DNA of 64,000 bases from the human T2T-CHM13v2.0 reference genome, Homo sapiens. Shown here piece after piece: positions 14,377 through 27,451 of this stretch. Each line of letters opens with the position of its first letter. The stretch's first letter is position 1. Below the pieces are notes generated by a model. That model ran no database searches, was not told the origin of the DNA, and saw only the letters and a program-made list of their open reading frames with translations. The position numbers and the translations under genes are program-made. The DNA is taken from the NCBI RefSeq assembly GCF_009914755.1, contig NC_060930.1. One strand, given 5' to 3'.

Positions 14377-15068
14377 TTCTGGATGTGAGCAGATTTTTTT
14401 TTTTCTCTTCTCAGAAATGGAAAGATGTGCTGAGCTCTACTTCAAACTTGGTGTCGGTGAGAACAAAAGATGCATGCAAGGACAACTGAAATCCAAGTAA
14501 TAATTTGCTTTACTTTGAGTGACAGATGACGGCCCGCTAGATTCCATTATAGCCTGAGGGAAGCATCCTTAAGACCACATAATGTCTTAACTTTTAAATC
14601 TAAGCTCACCAAACAAAACTTTAACTCTTGAGATAGTCCTCTCTGCCAAGGGCCAAGGTAGTGTGGGGTAAAGCTACGTGGGATTAGTGTCAGGGGCTAC
14701 ACAAAATTTATTCTAACTAGACTCTGAATGCAGCAAATTTCCCTGACTTTTCATTTGAGAAGAGTCATGAACTCTGTGTCTTCTGGGTAAGACACGGAGT
14801 TTTTTTCTTTTTCTTTTCTCTTTGCCTGAAAATGTAGACAAATTTTATGTCTCAATCTTCTTTAGCATCTGAACACTTGATTGATCCAGTTATGCTCCAA
14901 GGAGAACAATGGCAAATAAGGCAAATAGGTTTCTCTCTCCTCACAGTTTGTGATCTACTTTACAAATGTTTTCTATGACATCGTTCTCTTTCTCACACTC
15001 TACTTCCACTCACTTAGAAGCAAATATTCTTTCCTTTGTGCTCTTTCATACTTTGTATGGACTTTGTT

Positions 15069-15400
15069 TATAACCTCCAATTACCTTCTGACATGGGTGG
15101 AGCCTGGTAGCCAGAAGTTTCTTTTGCAGGTGAATTTGGAGGACATGGCACAGGGATAAATTATAGCTCTCTAGGAAGGAGGAACAAAAGAGTGAAAGGG
15201 CCCTAGGGAAGACAAAACTTTTAGATGCAAATCACTGTGGGAAATGGCTGAGAATGAAAACTCCAGATGTCCAGCACTACCAGGGACTTGGGAGAAGAAA
15301 TATAGTGCTTAGGGCATCACAGTTATGTGTTATGGAAGTTTGAGCATAAAACTTTTTTATCTGTATGTTTAAATCTCCTTCTAATCTAAACAAATAACAT
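15069..15400 (+). repeat. Copy B of the local direct duplication, embedded in an L2 3' end (~14990-15560)
   Basis: Matches copy A. Flanks 'cctttgtgctctttcatactttgta' and '...gctcaagtaatcattgctgcatgtggatgactgaatgaa' read as consecutive L2 3' sequence. Confidence 0.9.
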
Positions 15401-15849
15401 ATTATTTCATTTAGCACTTTTGAAAACCACGTTGGTCTTCACCTGCTAAAATATACACTGTTTGGCACAGAGTGTTTATATCTCCTGTGTTTATCCTGGA
15501 GCCTGTCATGGACTAATTGCTCAAGTAATCATTGCTGCATGTGGATGACTGAATGAAAGACTGAAGAAACATTTCAACATGGCAGCATCCTAGACTTGGG
15601 AAAGAATGAGTAGTCCTGGAGACTGGCCTTCTGGTGGCTAAAGTGTTTCTGCATGTTCTACAGCCCATGGGGTCAGGAGAGGCTTAAGGGCTGTGAAGGA
15701 AACACCTGAAATTCCATAATAGCTAGTGCCTTTCAGCTGTGAAGACTGTAATGAGGACACCTGTATGTCACCTGGTTGAACCACACTCAGAAAATTCCAG
15801 GTAGAAGAAGAAAAGTAAACATATAATGAGTTTTGGCCACTTGAATATG

Positions 15850-15975
15850 ATAAAACGTATTTTTATCTGTGAGGACAAGAAGCTCAGAGAAGTTAGGCAA
15901 CTTGCCAAATATTCCATGGCTTGAAAATTACACAGTTAGGATATGCATAGAGGTTTGGGAGACTCAGAAGACTAA
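15850..15975 (-). mobile_element. MIR
   Basis: 'ttttatctgtgaggac...gctcagagaagttaggcaacttgcca'. Confidence 0.7.
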
Positions 15976-16619
15976 CCTGTCTTCCAGAAAGCCAATGGCA
16001 TCATGGGCAAGGAGAAGCTCTTCACAGGTGAGATGGAAAATGACTTCTGGTATCTAGGACAAAACACTTTAGAACATACCTTTTATGTTTTAGATGCAGC
16101 AGGTATGATGAGTAATAATTGTTCTCCTGTGAAGGAAGGGGAGCATACAGTACTGCTTTAGAGAGAACTGGTTGAATGCCCTGCAATTTTGTAAACAAAA
16201 TTTTGTAAATAAAAATAGAAGGAAGGTGGGATTTGTCTACTGCTCATTCTCTTCCACAGCCTAGAAATTATAAAATGTTGTCCAAATTAGGAATTAAATC
16301 CCCAAATATGAAAGGATAGATGGGGATACCAATAAACATTGGCTGCCTGAGTAAATAAATGAGTCACTCCTGATAGAGCAGTGGACACAGAAATTGCTTT
16401 TGGATCAAAATTTTTTGAGGATGTTACATAGGGTTCGAGTCAGGGAAGCTGGCAAAAAATAACTTCTCTCCTGCGCTGGTGTTGGCTTCTTGGAAACGTA
16501 GGCACTAACTATATCATGGCCACCTAGGGCTTTCCCTTTCCTGTTTCATATTAGTACATCACAAAGGACTGAGTTCTCGATGTTTACTCAGTAAGAAGAT
16601 AGCAGAAGAGTGGCTGAGA

Positions 16620-17150
16620 AGTAATAATCCTCTGTTTGTGTGATGACTGTATCCTGCTTGTGGCAACAGTGTGATGTGGCCGCAGAGACAGCTAATATGA
16701 CCTTAGGCTGCAAGAAGGAGGTAATAAATGTTCCTTCTGTATTGTACAGCAATCAGCCTGCAGCTGAAGTTCTGCGACCAGTTCAGGGCAAGCTGCTTCC
16801 AGAGTGTCACTGATGAGCAAGAGCATGTTCAAACAGGATAACCAGCGTAATGAGCTGTCTGGAGATCGTGTCGTCTGAACAATTGTTGAAAGGGCAGGAA
16901 ATTTTCTTCTCTTGTATTTTTTTTTCTGTAAGGCAAGAGTCTTCAGGGGAACAGGTGAGCTCTCTTCAAGTATTTGAGGAACTGCTTTGTGAAAAATGAG
17001 TGAGTTTTATTCTGATTAGACTAAAAAGTAGACTTAGATATCAGATCAATGCAGGGAGGAACTTACTAAGAATTGTCTAAAGACAGAATGTGTTGCCTCA
17101 CAAGGGAGTCAGCCTCCCACTATAAGATGTGTGCAAGCAGAATCTAGATG
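16620..17150 (+). mobile_element. L3/CR1 LINE 3' fragment
   Basis: 'caacagtgtgatgtggccgc...gctaatatgaccttaggctgca', 'ctcttcaagtatttgagg', 'gtgtgcaagcagaatctagatg'. Confidence 0.75.
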
Positions 17151-18690
17151 TTTGCAGCTTGGATAGAAGGCTGGGCAATAAATATTGGAGAGCAAGTGGA
17201 AGCTGACCTAGGAAGAACGTCTGGTTTTCTGGCATAGTTCAGTTAGTACCAGTTAGGATATCATGATTTTCATTTGCTAAATTTGCAGAGCCCATACCTA
17301 CTGTGACCAGAGAAGGAAGGAGCCTGAGATGTCATTAATTGAATTCATTCATTTTGTAGACAAGCCTAACTGTTGTCTTCAGCCACTTAGAGGTGCTTGA
17401 AACAAAGGAGATAACAAAAGAGATCTTCTGCCCTTTCACTTACCATTGGTTTTCAAAATTATCCAGGGAGGCTGAGGGATAGGCTCCTGGGCTCAGAGCT
17501 GTTGTGCTCATCTACTATAAATGTTTGATTTCTGCATTGGCCTTTGGAGAAAGGCTCTGCACCTGAAAATTCAGAAACGCTGGTTTATACCAAATAGCAT
17601 GCCCTTCTATCTCCTGTAGTTTTCATAGTAGTGGGATAATGGCACTTGTTCTCTGCCTTGAGAAATGCTGTCAGTTGCTTTTTCAAGCACCGGTCACCAT
17701 GAGAACCCAACAGGCTGAACAAGTGCTGAATATCTTGGGCTCACTGGTTGAGATTTATTATTTTCCTCCTGACTTGCATCGCCACTGTGTGTCACTGCTC
17801 TATTTTTCCTGAGCCACAGCCTATTTTTGTATGTGTATTAACCTAACTGCTTCCAACCTTTTCTCTCACTATTGATCTTCCCAGTTTGTCTCAAACCCTT
17901 CTGGGATTAAAAATGGCCAGCCCTCTCCATTTTAGTGGTATCTAAAAACTATTTTCATCTCTCAGTTTTATACTGCAAGTCACCCCAAATAGCATTGTCC
18001 TATTTATTACTTATAAATATTACAAATGCACTCTCAGCTTGCTTTCTCATATCTTCGTTCAGCTCTGTTAGCCTAACTATTTTTTGTGTGTGTGTTTCTC
18101 CTAACTGCACCTCCAAATCCGAGTTTCTGGTAAATTTCCCAGTGTGTTTCTGAGCCAAATTCATTTGTGTTCCCTCTAATGCTTGCATCTTTAACATCTT
18201 TATGCTTGTGTTTTTTGATTTTCCTCTCCTGTGAGGTTTGGGGACATTGCCTGCTTTATTATCAGTTGCAGATTTCATTTATCAGTTGTTCTGAATCAAT
18301 AATGAAGATGTAAAACAATGTTTGACTCCAGGGGCTGCAGATGACACCTTCCTTCAGCAAGATTCATTTCTATTCATTTGTTGATACTGTCAGCCTTTCA
18401 ACCATGGGAGCATGTATAGCCTGAGCAATTTGCAAGTAAGATTTTGATAATATTATCTAAAATGCTTTCTGAAAGTCTGACTATATGGGCATATTGCTTA
18501 TATGTTCATTTTCTGTCCCACCCTGACTTGAATTTTTAGTAATGTGTAGTCCTCATCACATCCTTTTGAGATGACATGGATATTTACTGGTTTTCTCTTT
18601 ACTATTAGATTCATATTTCAATAAACTGTAACTGCCAGTTTACCAAATGGCAATTATCAAGGTCCTTTTGGTCCAGTAGGCCACTTTTAT

Positions 18691-19082
18691 TCCCTTTTGT
18701 ATTGTACAGCAATCATGTACAATAAAAAAGTTCCTCCCTGCATTGATCTGATATCTATGCCTACTTTTTAGTCTAATCAGAATAAATCTCACTCATTTTT
18801 CACAAAGCAGTTCTTCAAATATTTGAAGAGAGCTCACTTGTTCCCCTGAGGACTCCTGCCTTATAGAAAAAAAATACAAGAAAAGAAAATTGCCTGCCCT
18901 TTCAACAATTGCTCAGATGACACGATCTCCAGACACCTCATTATACTGGTCATCCTGTTTGAACATGCTCCAGCTCATCAGTGACACTCTGGAAGCAGCT
19001 TGCCCTCAACTAGACATAGAAATTCAGCTGCAGGCTCATTGCTGTGCAATACATAAGGAATTGCTGTACAATACAGAAGGAA
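18691..19082 (-). repeat. Inverted duplicate of 16731-17064 with complex junctions
   Basis: 18728-19060 is the reverse complement of 16731-17064 (28 mismatches and 1 gap by hand count, ~91%). Extra 22-25-nt copies of the donor's first bases lie at both ends. Confidence 0.95.
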
Positions 19083-20439
19083 GATACAGCTACCTCCTTT
19101 CTATGGCAAACATTCCATTCATCCTGAATTATTAGGATACAGAGAGCCTAGTTTAGCCTAGATTAGCATTCATACCTAGACTGTTGGTGATCTGTGGACT
19201 ATTTAATATGTAAGGCATGATGCACAGGCTCAGAGGTTATAAACTGAGGTTATAAGCCCATATGGACAGTTCCATGCTTAGATATGGCAGGTAATAGTAA
19301 ATAATAGCTTGAATAGTGTTATTTATAGTAAAATATCTACCTGACAGCCAGTTGTGGCATTACCATGCAGTTTTGGGTATTTTGAGACATGTGACCCTTG
19401 TGTTAAAATTATGTACATTGGATTGACTTTTTTTTTTTTTTTAAGGAATTCTGGGTTTTGGTAAAATAAGGAGGAAGTAAAATTTTTCTCATCCTAAACT
19501 TTCTTCTCTTTTCTTTTTTTTTTTCCAATTAGAGCATAACAAATCATCCCTCAGAGGAAAAAAGCCAGCTCCCATTTTTGCTAATCCCTGCTAAGTTGTT
19601 AATGAATAAATGATAACTGAGCTGTTAGTATTCACAACTATGGACCTACCATATTACTTTTTCCAGAGACCTTTGCATCTTGACAGGGATCTCTAAGGGA
19701 ACTGGTAAGCTTTCAAGATCAAAGGAGTGAAATGACAATGAAACATGGCCCTGAAGTTGATATTTTTGGAGGTAGTTTTCTTGCTTGTCACTCTTTTAAT
19801 TTATCCCATACAATTTGCTTCCAGCAAACTGGTAAGGTGGGCTCTTTGGAGAATAAAAGTTTCAAATAATAGCTATTTCTGATAATATTTTCTTTTTTGG
19901 TTGTCATTTTTTAGGAAATTTGGCAAGGGCAGTGACATTGTATGTGATTTAGTGCTTGTCTTTTCCCCTGATTGTTCTTGTCATTATTTCCTAGGATATC
20001 AGGGTTTTGAGATTCAGAGATTATATTTTCAGTAATAATAATGTTTTTCATTTGGCATTTGAAATGGAATAATTAAGGCTTATGAGGCTCAGAGACTTGA
20101 CAGCTCTTCCTGGAGGAAAGCTGATAATGTTTAGGACATCATGTTAGCGCTTTCTCTCAAATTGAAAGTAGACAGGAAAAGTGACTTTTAAGAAAGCATG
20201 ATTAGGACCCCAGTATAATCAGCTAATTACATGAACTTCCTGGTTTTAACTTGTTCTAATGGTATTCAGATATGCATAAAGGCTTTTTCCACCACCGCAT
20301 CACCCTACCTCAGGCCGATAGTGGGAATTGAAAATAGCCCCAGATCCAGGTGTGTTGGCTGCATACAATTTCATTTGCGTACCACATAGAGGAGGAGAGA
20401 AAACCTGGATTGCATTTTTGGCATTTTTACAGTATGCTT

Positions 20440-20488
20440 CCAAGGAAGGAAAGAGCCACACATTCATTTTCTTTGACAAAACTTTAAT
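20440..20488 (-). terminator. Candidate distal poly(A) site
   Basis: ATTAAA (tttaat at 20483-20488), followed ~25 nt downstream on the minus strand by GU/U-rich TGTGTGGCTCTTTCCTTCCTTG. Confidence 0.55.
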
Positions 20489-23329
20489 TAGAAAACCAGA
20501 CTCCTCTGATTATAAAAATTACACAAGCTAATAAATCTTGGTAAGTTATAGAGAGAATAATTTTATGAACATTTTATACCTAATAAAAAAGTTAAAATAA
20601 TTAACAGCATTCATCAGATTAATTTTGTTTTCACATGATTTTCTAATATAAAAAAGCATATAGTCATCAACCTTTATATAAATCCATATATGTTTGTAAT
20701 AGCTTTTCATAATGGGAAGGGACAATATTCATATTTAAATAATGATATTAATAATTGGTAATGAATCAAAACTGCCAAAAGCTGAAGCATGACAACATTG
20801 ATGATCAAGGTTGCTTAGGGAAATTGGAGCCTTCTGGACCCAGCCCAAATAATCTTTTAGAGAAAATTTAGACACAAGAAATCATATTATATAGTATTGT
20901 CCCACCTAACAAAAATTACTTATGATCAGTGTTGCTTTACATGTTTTCAGAATAATCACTGTTTCTTTCCTTTCAACAGTTTTGTCCCAAAGTGCTGCTA
21001 ACTGTGTGCTGGTGTATTGTGCTGCCTATGGGAAATGGTGTTGGATCAGCAGAAAACTGGAAATCTTATTTGTTTCCCTCCAGACTAGTAAGAACAGATG
21101 CACATTGACGACACAAAGTTTCTGCGAATACGTAGTTTCATGTAGGGCATAACTTCTATCCTGTGATAGTACATCATTAAAAAGTATCTTGCTTCTTAAA
21201 ACTTCTGCACTGCAGCAAGACGGTATCACACTGACTTCCTGATCATGTCCTTTTGGCAAGATAAAAAACTAACCCTTGGGTTCAAACAATAAATGAGGAG
21301 TCTGGGTAGTACATGAAGTAGTCACAGGTGATATCTACATTTCTTTATTGCATTCTGATTTTTTCAATATTGCATTGCAGTGCTAACTCAATTTCATACC
21401 ACCGCAAAACTATGGTAAACCATAGTGTTTGAGTTAAAAGTGCTCCTGTGTCTCTGCAATAGTATCCAAAACTAAGAGCTGTAAATTAGTTAATAGACTA
21501 CTTATTTTCATTTGGGGAACAGGAATGAAAACATTGTGAAGTAAATCATCTAGTAAAGATGACACTACATTGAGCACACAGGTATTAAACATACAAATGA
21601 TTGGCATTAAACATTCTTTTTACAAGCTGGTACTTTAACATCTACCTCCCAAAGTTAATTTCATTATAATAATTTTTTAGCAAACTGTAACTATAAATAG
21701 TTCTATATCAAGGTACACATATGTACCTTGAAGACTAACAATAACATGTTTAAGGATGTCATTTGTTTCACATCTCAAACCCAAACCCCAAACACAAACA
21801 TTTCTGAAACGTTTCAGTTGATTGAGCTTGTAAGCTAAAGAGTGGTAAAATTCCACCATCTATGGACATTTGAATTTGAGTGTTGTCCATGTACTTCCTT
21901 GTTGTACATTCCCTGGAAAGTGTTTGGTTAGAAATTATATAGCAAGTGAGAGCTCTGAATGAATACTCCAGCAATTATAGGAGAGGGAAGGTTTTCATAA
22001 ACATACTTGATTTTATAGCAGGCACCCCCAATTTTGGATTCAGGGGCAGACATAAGAAGAAAATCTGATTTGAGTTTATCATATTCACCTTACTCCATTA
22101 ATAAATTTCTTCTGTAGAACAAAGTAATGTGTATGAAAGACAATTAGATATATTCAGCTTACCTTAACTTCAAGATTCAAGTGGATAAAAATATAAGTAA
22201 CAATCTCAGCTGAGAATGAGGCAGAAATGTAAACATTAATGGAAATAAAAGTTATCACATCTCCCAAACAACTATCATTTATGATACTTTCAGAAGACTT
22301 TGCACATGCTGAAACCTATGTGGTATAATTAATAAAGCATTTTTTACCACAGATAATGGAATGCTACTTGACCAACATAAATTATCAATTATTTTGGAGA
22401 GATTCTAATAAGGATAAACTAAGGCATAAAACAAAGAGCAATAAGAAATCTGAACACAAGTAACAAGGCTACACTGCACTAGCCATCTGAGTCAGAATTT
22501 CTGTGGGTGGAATAAATAATAAACCTGCTGATGTTAAGAAAACTAAAACAAGTTCCATACAAATGAAAATTTAGAAGGTGAGAAATTTCTATCAGAAAGG
22601 AAAACAATACAGCAAATGTCACATTTGTACAGAATATGCTTCCTATAATCCTTCTTGAATCTATGAATTTAAACTACCCCATTTCTCCTTAATTCTTTCA
22701 GCCATTAGAGAACCAGTTAATGATCTTACAGAACCTATGATTTAATTACAAGCATCTGTTTTTGAGACTAATCAATGAATCATTAATGTGAGCTTGGAAA
22801 CAGCAGGTAGAAAACCAATAAATTATTCATTTTGAGGGAAGAAGGAAATGTTCCTGAGCATCAGATAATATATTTTATTCACGCTTATGTCAGGGTAACT
22901 TTGTGTATTTGTGTGCATACTCTTACAATTCCAGCTGAAAATGGCTTGGGGCAGTATCTTTTACTTCTTTAAGCCTGAGAAGCAGCAGGCTACCAATTGC
23001 TCCCATTTAAGGATGTGGCTGCCATGATAATCTTTCACTTGTTCAGCAGTATTTCTTTTTCTTTCCATTGACAAGCTAGGATACGAGCACAGTCCCTGCT
23101 CTGCCAAAGGAAACCATGTCTTTTGTTAAAGTTTAAGCTACTGATAAATATTTAAGGGAGTGCAGGGGTAGATGTTAATATTACCTAGCAAAGAATTCAT
23201 GGGCAAACAACTTTCAAATGTATCAGTAAGTTTACCTTAAAATGACTTACTAGATAATGAGATACATCTAATATATTTGCAACTGAAACACTTGAAGCTT
23301 TCAAGGTCTACCTGAACTAATTTCTTCCC

Positions 23330-23770
23330 TCCCTCCCTCCTTTCCTTCCTTCCTTTGTCAAATATTTATTGAATGCCTAACATGTGCCTGGCACCCTTCA
23401 GGGTACTGGGCTTATAGCAGTTTACAGAGCAGAAAAATATCTCTGCCCCCTTAGAGCTTTCAATTTACTGGGGACAGACAGACAATAAACAAATCCCATG
23501 ACAAATATGAAAGAAGGGAGGAGATTTACTATATTTTCATGAGATTGTCAGGAAAGGCCTCTCTAATGCATACTTATTTAATATTTAAGAAGAAACCAAA
23601 AAGATGTGAGGGAGGAAGATCTGTGGCTAACTGGGGGAAGAAGAGCATTCAGGGTGGTGGGAACTGCAATGACAAAAGACCAAAGGGGGTGCATGGTTGA
23701 TGCAGAGAGAACAAAGGGGGCAGTGGCTGGAGAAGTGGTCAGAGCAGGAGACAGGGGAACAGACTGGGTG
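23330..23770 (-). mobile_element. L2a 3' end with a (CCTT)n-like tail
   Basis: 'caaatatttattgaatgcctaacatgtgcctggcacc...cagacaataaacaaat'. Confidence 0.8.
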
Positions 23771-26700
23771 GGGCTTCCCCTCTTTCGTGAATCTCCCACC
23801 CAAGTTAATGTCTGTGAAGAGATGGTTCTTTTGTTTAGGCAGATAAAATGCCTTCTTCAAGGCCTATTTGAAGCTGCATTTCCTTCTTGAAGTATTCCCC
23901 TTTAATGCCAATAGTTCCCTATACCCAGATTCTCTTAACTCTAAAGTATGAATCATGCAATCATTTCTTGTGCTTTATTGTGAGTGACTATTTCTTCTGT
24001 CAGCATCTTTAAAGAGATTGCAAGCAATTTAAAGGTAGAAAACACATCATACTTTTTCTTCATCCCATATAGCACATGATGTTAAACTCAAGGTAATCAA
24101 GAAAGAAATGAAAGAAATATATAAAACTGTCAATTAAGAAAAGACAAAGAAATATATGACTCTAAAAACAAATTCAGGTATTTTGAGAATATAGCCATGA
24201 AAACAAAAACATTAAGGTAGAACTCAGTGGATAAGACACATGATCTGATTTTGTTTAGTAATCTACATCATTGCTTATCCCAACTTAGAGCTTATACCTA
24301 TACATCTGTAGATCTCTTCTTCCTGTCCTACAGAAAATGTAATCCCTCATCCATGCAGCCTTCTTTCTTTCTTTACATTAGCACTACTGCCCATTCTTCA
24401 CAATGTCTATCTTCCTTTATGATTTTTTTTCTCTGAACTCATATCTTCAATTTCCTAGAGTATTGTTACCTAGCAGGGTCAGGGCTATTAGTGGAGCAGA
24501 AATTATAAACATTTGAGAGACATAGGTAGAGGGTTAAAAACCCACTAGTCTACTAGTTTATTTCACTCATTGCTTGGGATTTATCTACTTAAGCAAAGCA
24601 ATTAGGTTACAAATGAACTGGCGATAAAATACTTTCATAAAAATTATTTATCCTGAGATAAACTCTTTATGATTTTTAGACTTGAAATAATTTTATATAC
24701 TTTTAAAAATCAGTTCTGTATCTAAGGTAGTATAGTCCAACTAAGAAACAGAGTTGATGTGCTCCATGCTGAGGTCGAATGAAGAAGATAGAAAGTGCCC
24801 CTGGATGCCTCTCTAATCATTATTTTAGTGGAACATTTCAATCGCAGTCTAATTATTGAGCTCTCCCAATCCCTCCAGTGCTAAATTTCAAACATGTTGG
24901 AACTTGGCGTGAAGAAGGGCAAGATTGTTTTTCTCCATCTGTAGATGAATTCTTCTTTTTACCTAAACTACTTAGTCCTGATTTTTCTTTAGGCCATCCT
25001 TCTAAATATGTCTTAGTCATTGCTGTGCTAAATAGAAGAGGTGGCAACAGGGTAGAAAACGACTCATTAACACTCCTTGCTGATGTTCTTTCATAAAACT
25101 ATTTTTTAAAAAAATTTTATTTGTGTCTCAATTCTTGCCTGACTGTTTACTTACTAGTATTTATTTCTTTTGGGTAAAATTATGAGTTTGGGAACCTATT
25201 TACACTTACATTCACTAATTTGTTTAAGTGTATTAATTTCAAACAAAAAGATGTATACCCTCAAGGCTGTATCTGCTGTGTTTAATACACTAATCAATCA
25301 TTAGGCATCCTTGCCTTCCTATCTTACCATTTTGTCCAAAACACATCTAGTACTCATTGACATTTATGTCCAACAAACAAAAAAATCAGTATAGCAACTT
25401 CTATTTATTATGGAAGACATGTTAACTAAGAATCTTGAACAATTTTTAGATTAATAGCAGGTTAATTAGGTTAATAGCAGGCAAATAAATAATAACTCTA
25501 GTTTTGCCAATGTCTCATAACAAATGTTTCAGTGAAAGCAAATAGTTACTTTCTTCTTTTTATGAGACATTAAAGTATTCCGCTGAGCAATTTGAACTGC
25601 TTTGTCCCTCACACAGGACTTTGTACATCACTTGGCACATTATAGGTTCTTAATCCATGTTTGTTGGATGGATTAATGAATGAATGATATGGCTAGTTCA
25701 TCAGGTCATTTTATTTTCCTAGTTCCTAGGTAACTGTCCATATTTCCTGTTATCGAAAAAGTTCTTCCAATCAGTTATTCTCTTTGTCGACTTTTAGCTG
25801 TGACTTCCTATTATTGAACATAACCCAGTACTCTAAGTATTCGAATTTAATACAAAAAGAAAATCTATTGGAACATTTGGTAAGAGATATTTGACTTACA
25901 TATTGTGTGTAACTCTGATTGGAGTTTCAGCACTTCTTTATTGTATAGGTATGACCAAGTTGGCCTTTAGGAGGCCTGATGGATTTTTAATGAATTATCG
26001 GTTTTGCCAATCATTACTTTTGTTGCATTATGGCTTTTTTTTTAATATCTTGGGTCTGGCGTATATCATAGTTTAGTAGCTGTGCTGTTGGGACCAAAGA
26101 TCTACTTACAACCATTTTCAACACATACTAAATTTTTTTTGTAGGCTGCTTTCCCCCTTTTCCCTTCATTGAAGTTCTCCAAGAAATAACCTTCCTGAAG
26201 TCTTTTATTCAAGATCAAAATTTTTCAATTATTCTAGAATGCTATATCATTTTCAAAAGAATGAAAAATAAAATATCAACCTGTTTATTTATTTGGTTTC
26301 CTGGCCATTTGTCAATTTTTTTCTTCATATTTTACTATTTATGGTCTAGTTTAACTTGGTTTCCATTTGCTTACTTCTCATTCCCTGAAATTGTACTGGG
26401 ACAGAAGGGAAAAATTAGTTCTGTGTTATTTTAATTGAAATTCATGCTGATGAATCATTTTTCCTTAAGTATTCTTTTCTTCTATTAGGTTATAAATTAC
26501 TCAAATAGCTAGAAATCAGCAATATTGTTTAGAAAATAAGAACTGATTTCCACACAGACCCATTAATACTGTTTCCTTTGGAATTGTAATACTCATCTGC
26601 TCTTCAGTAACAAAGACAGGCTTCTCTAACATGACATTATCAATGTTTGCTTCCTGGAACACTAGTTCTTTAAGATGCTCCATGAACATAATGACCCATG

Positions 26701-26959
26701 GTCAATTATATCTGGGAAATCAAATACTGTCTTTATGCTACTGGAACATTAATTTCACACATTGAGGGTAATTCAAAGAATAGGCTTCATTTTGCCAGTG
26801 TTGAAGCCATTTTAATTTCAAGTAGCATTTCGTGATAATATAGGAACAAAAAGATCTTCAAATTCTCTGGGCATTCATTGTACTTAACTTTTTACTTAAG
26901 AGTTGGTATTTATCAATATGATTTTTGTGTTGTATCTGAGACTTATGTGGTCCCACATG

Positions 26960-27175
26960 CAGGGGCAGATCAAAATTTTGTTGAGCCTGAAGTGTATACA
27001 TTTTTGGAGTCCCCTTTTAAGGAAAAGAATGCAAAAATATCATACATTTGAAAATTTTATATAAACATAAGATGTGAACATACTGCTAAGGACTGTCCTA
27101 GGGCCTCCAAAAGACTTATGTAAGCAATGGGCTCAGAAATTTAAGCTTCATTAGCTACATGCTACACTTGCATAT
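26960..27175. mobile_element. MER69A/Arthur1A-like hAT element
   Basis: 'caggggcagatc...gagcctgaagtgtatac', 'ttaagcttcattagct'; perfect 8-bp TSD cccacatg (26952-26959, 27176-27183). Confidence 0.8.
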
Positions 27176-27282
27176 CCCACATGAAAAATAGTACTTTACT
27201 ATTATTTGGCCTAATAATATAATAGTGTTTCAGCCTCATTATTTCTGGTTCTTTTCTCCACCTGACACATACCCTACATTCT

Positions 27283-27451
27283 TAGGGTTGTGAGATTTAG
27301 CAAGTAAAAATGCAATATGCCCAGTTAAATTTGAATTTCAGAGAAACAAGTATTTTTAGTATAGTAGATTCCAAATATTGCATGAAACATACTTGTACTA
27401 AAAATTTCATTCACTGATTATTGGAAATTCAAACTTAACTCATGTCCTACA
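27283..27451. mobile_element. MER53 palindromic hAT MITE, right end lost
   Basis: 'tagggttgtgagatttagcaa...cccagttaaatttgaatttc' pairs with 'gaaattcaaacttaact'. Confidence 0.85.

Noticed and set aside
13864-15400. The direct repeats as the paired LTRs of a small retroelement
   Set aside because: No TG...CA termini, PBS, PPT or flanking TSD, and copy B interrupts an L2.
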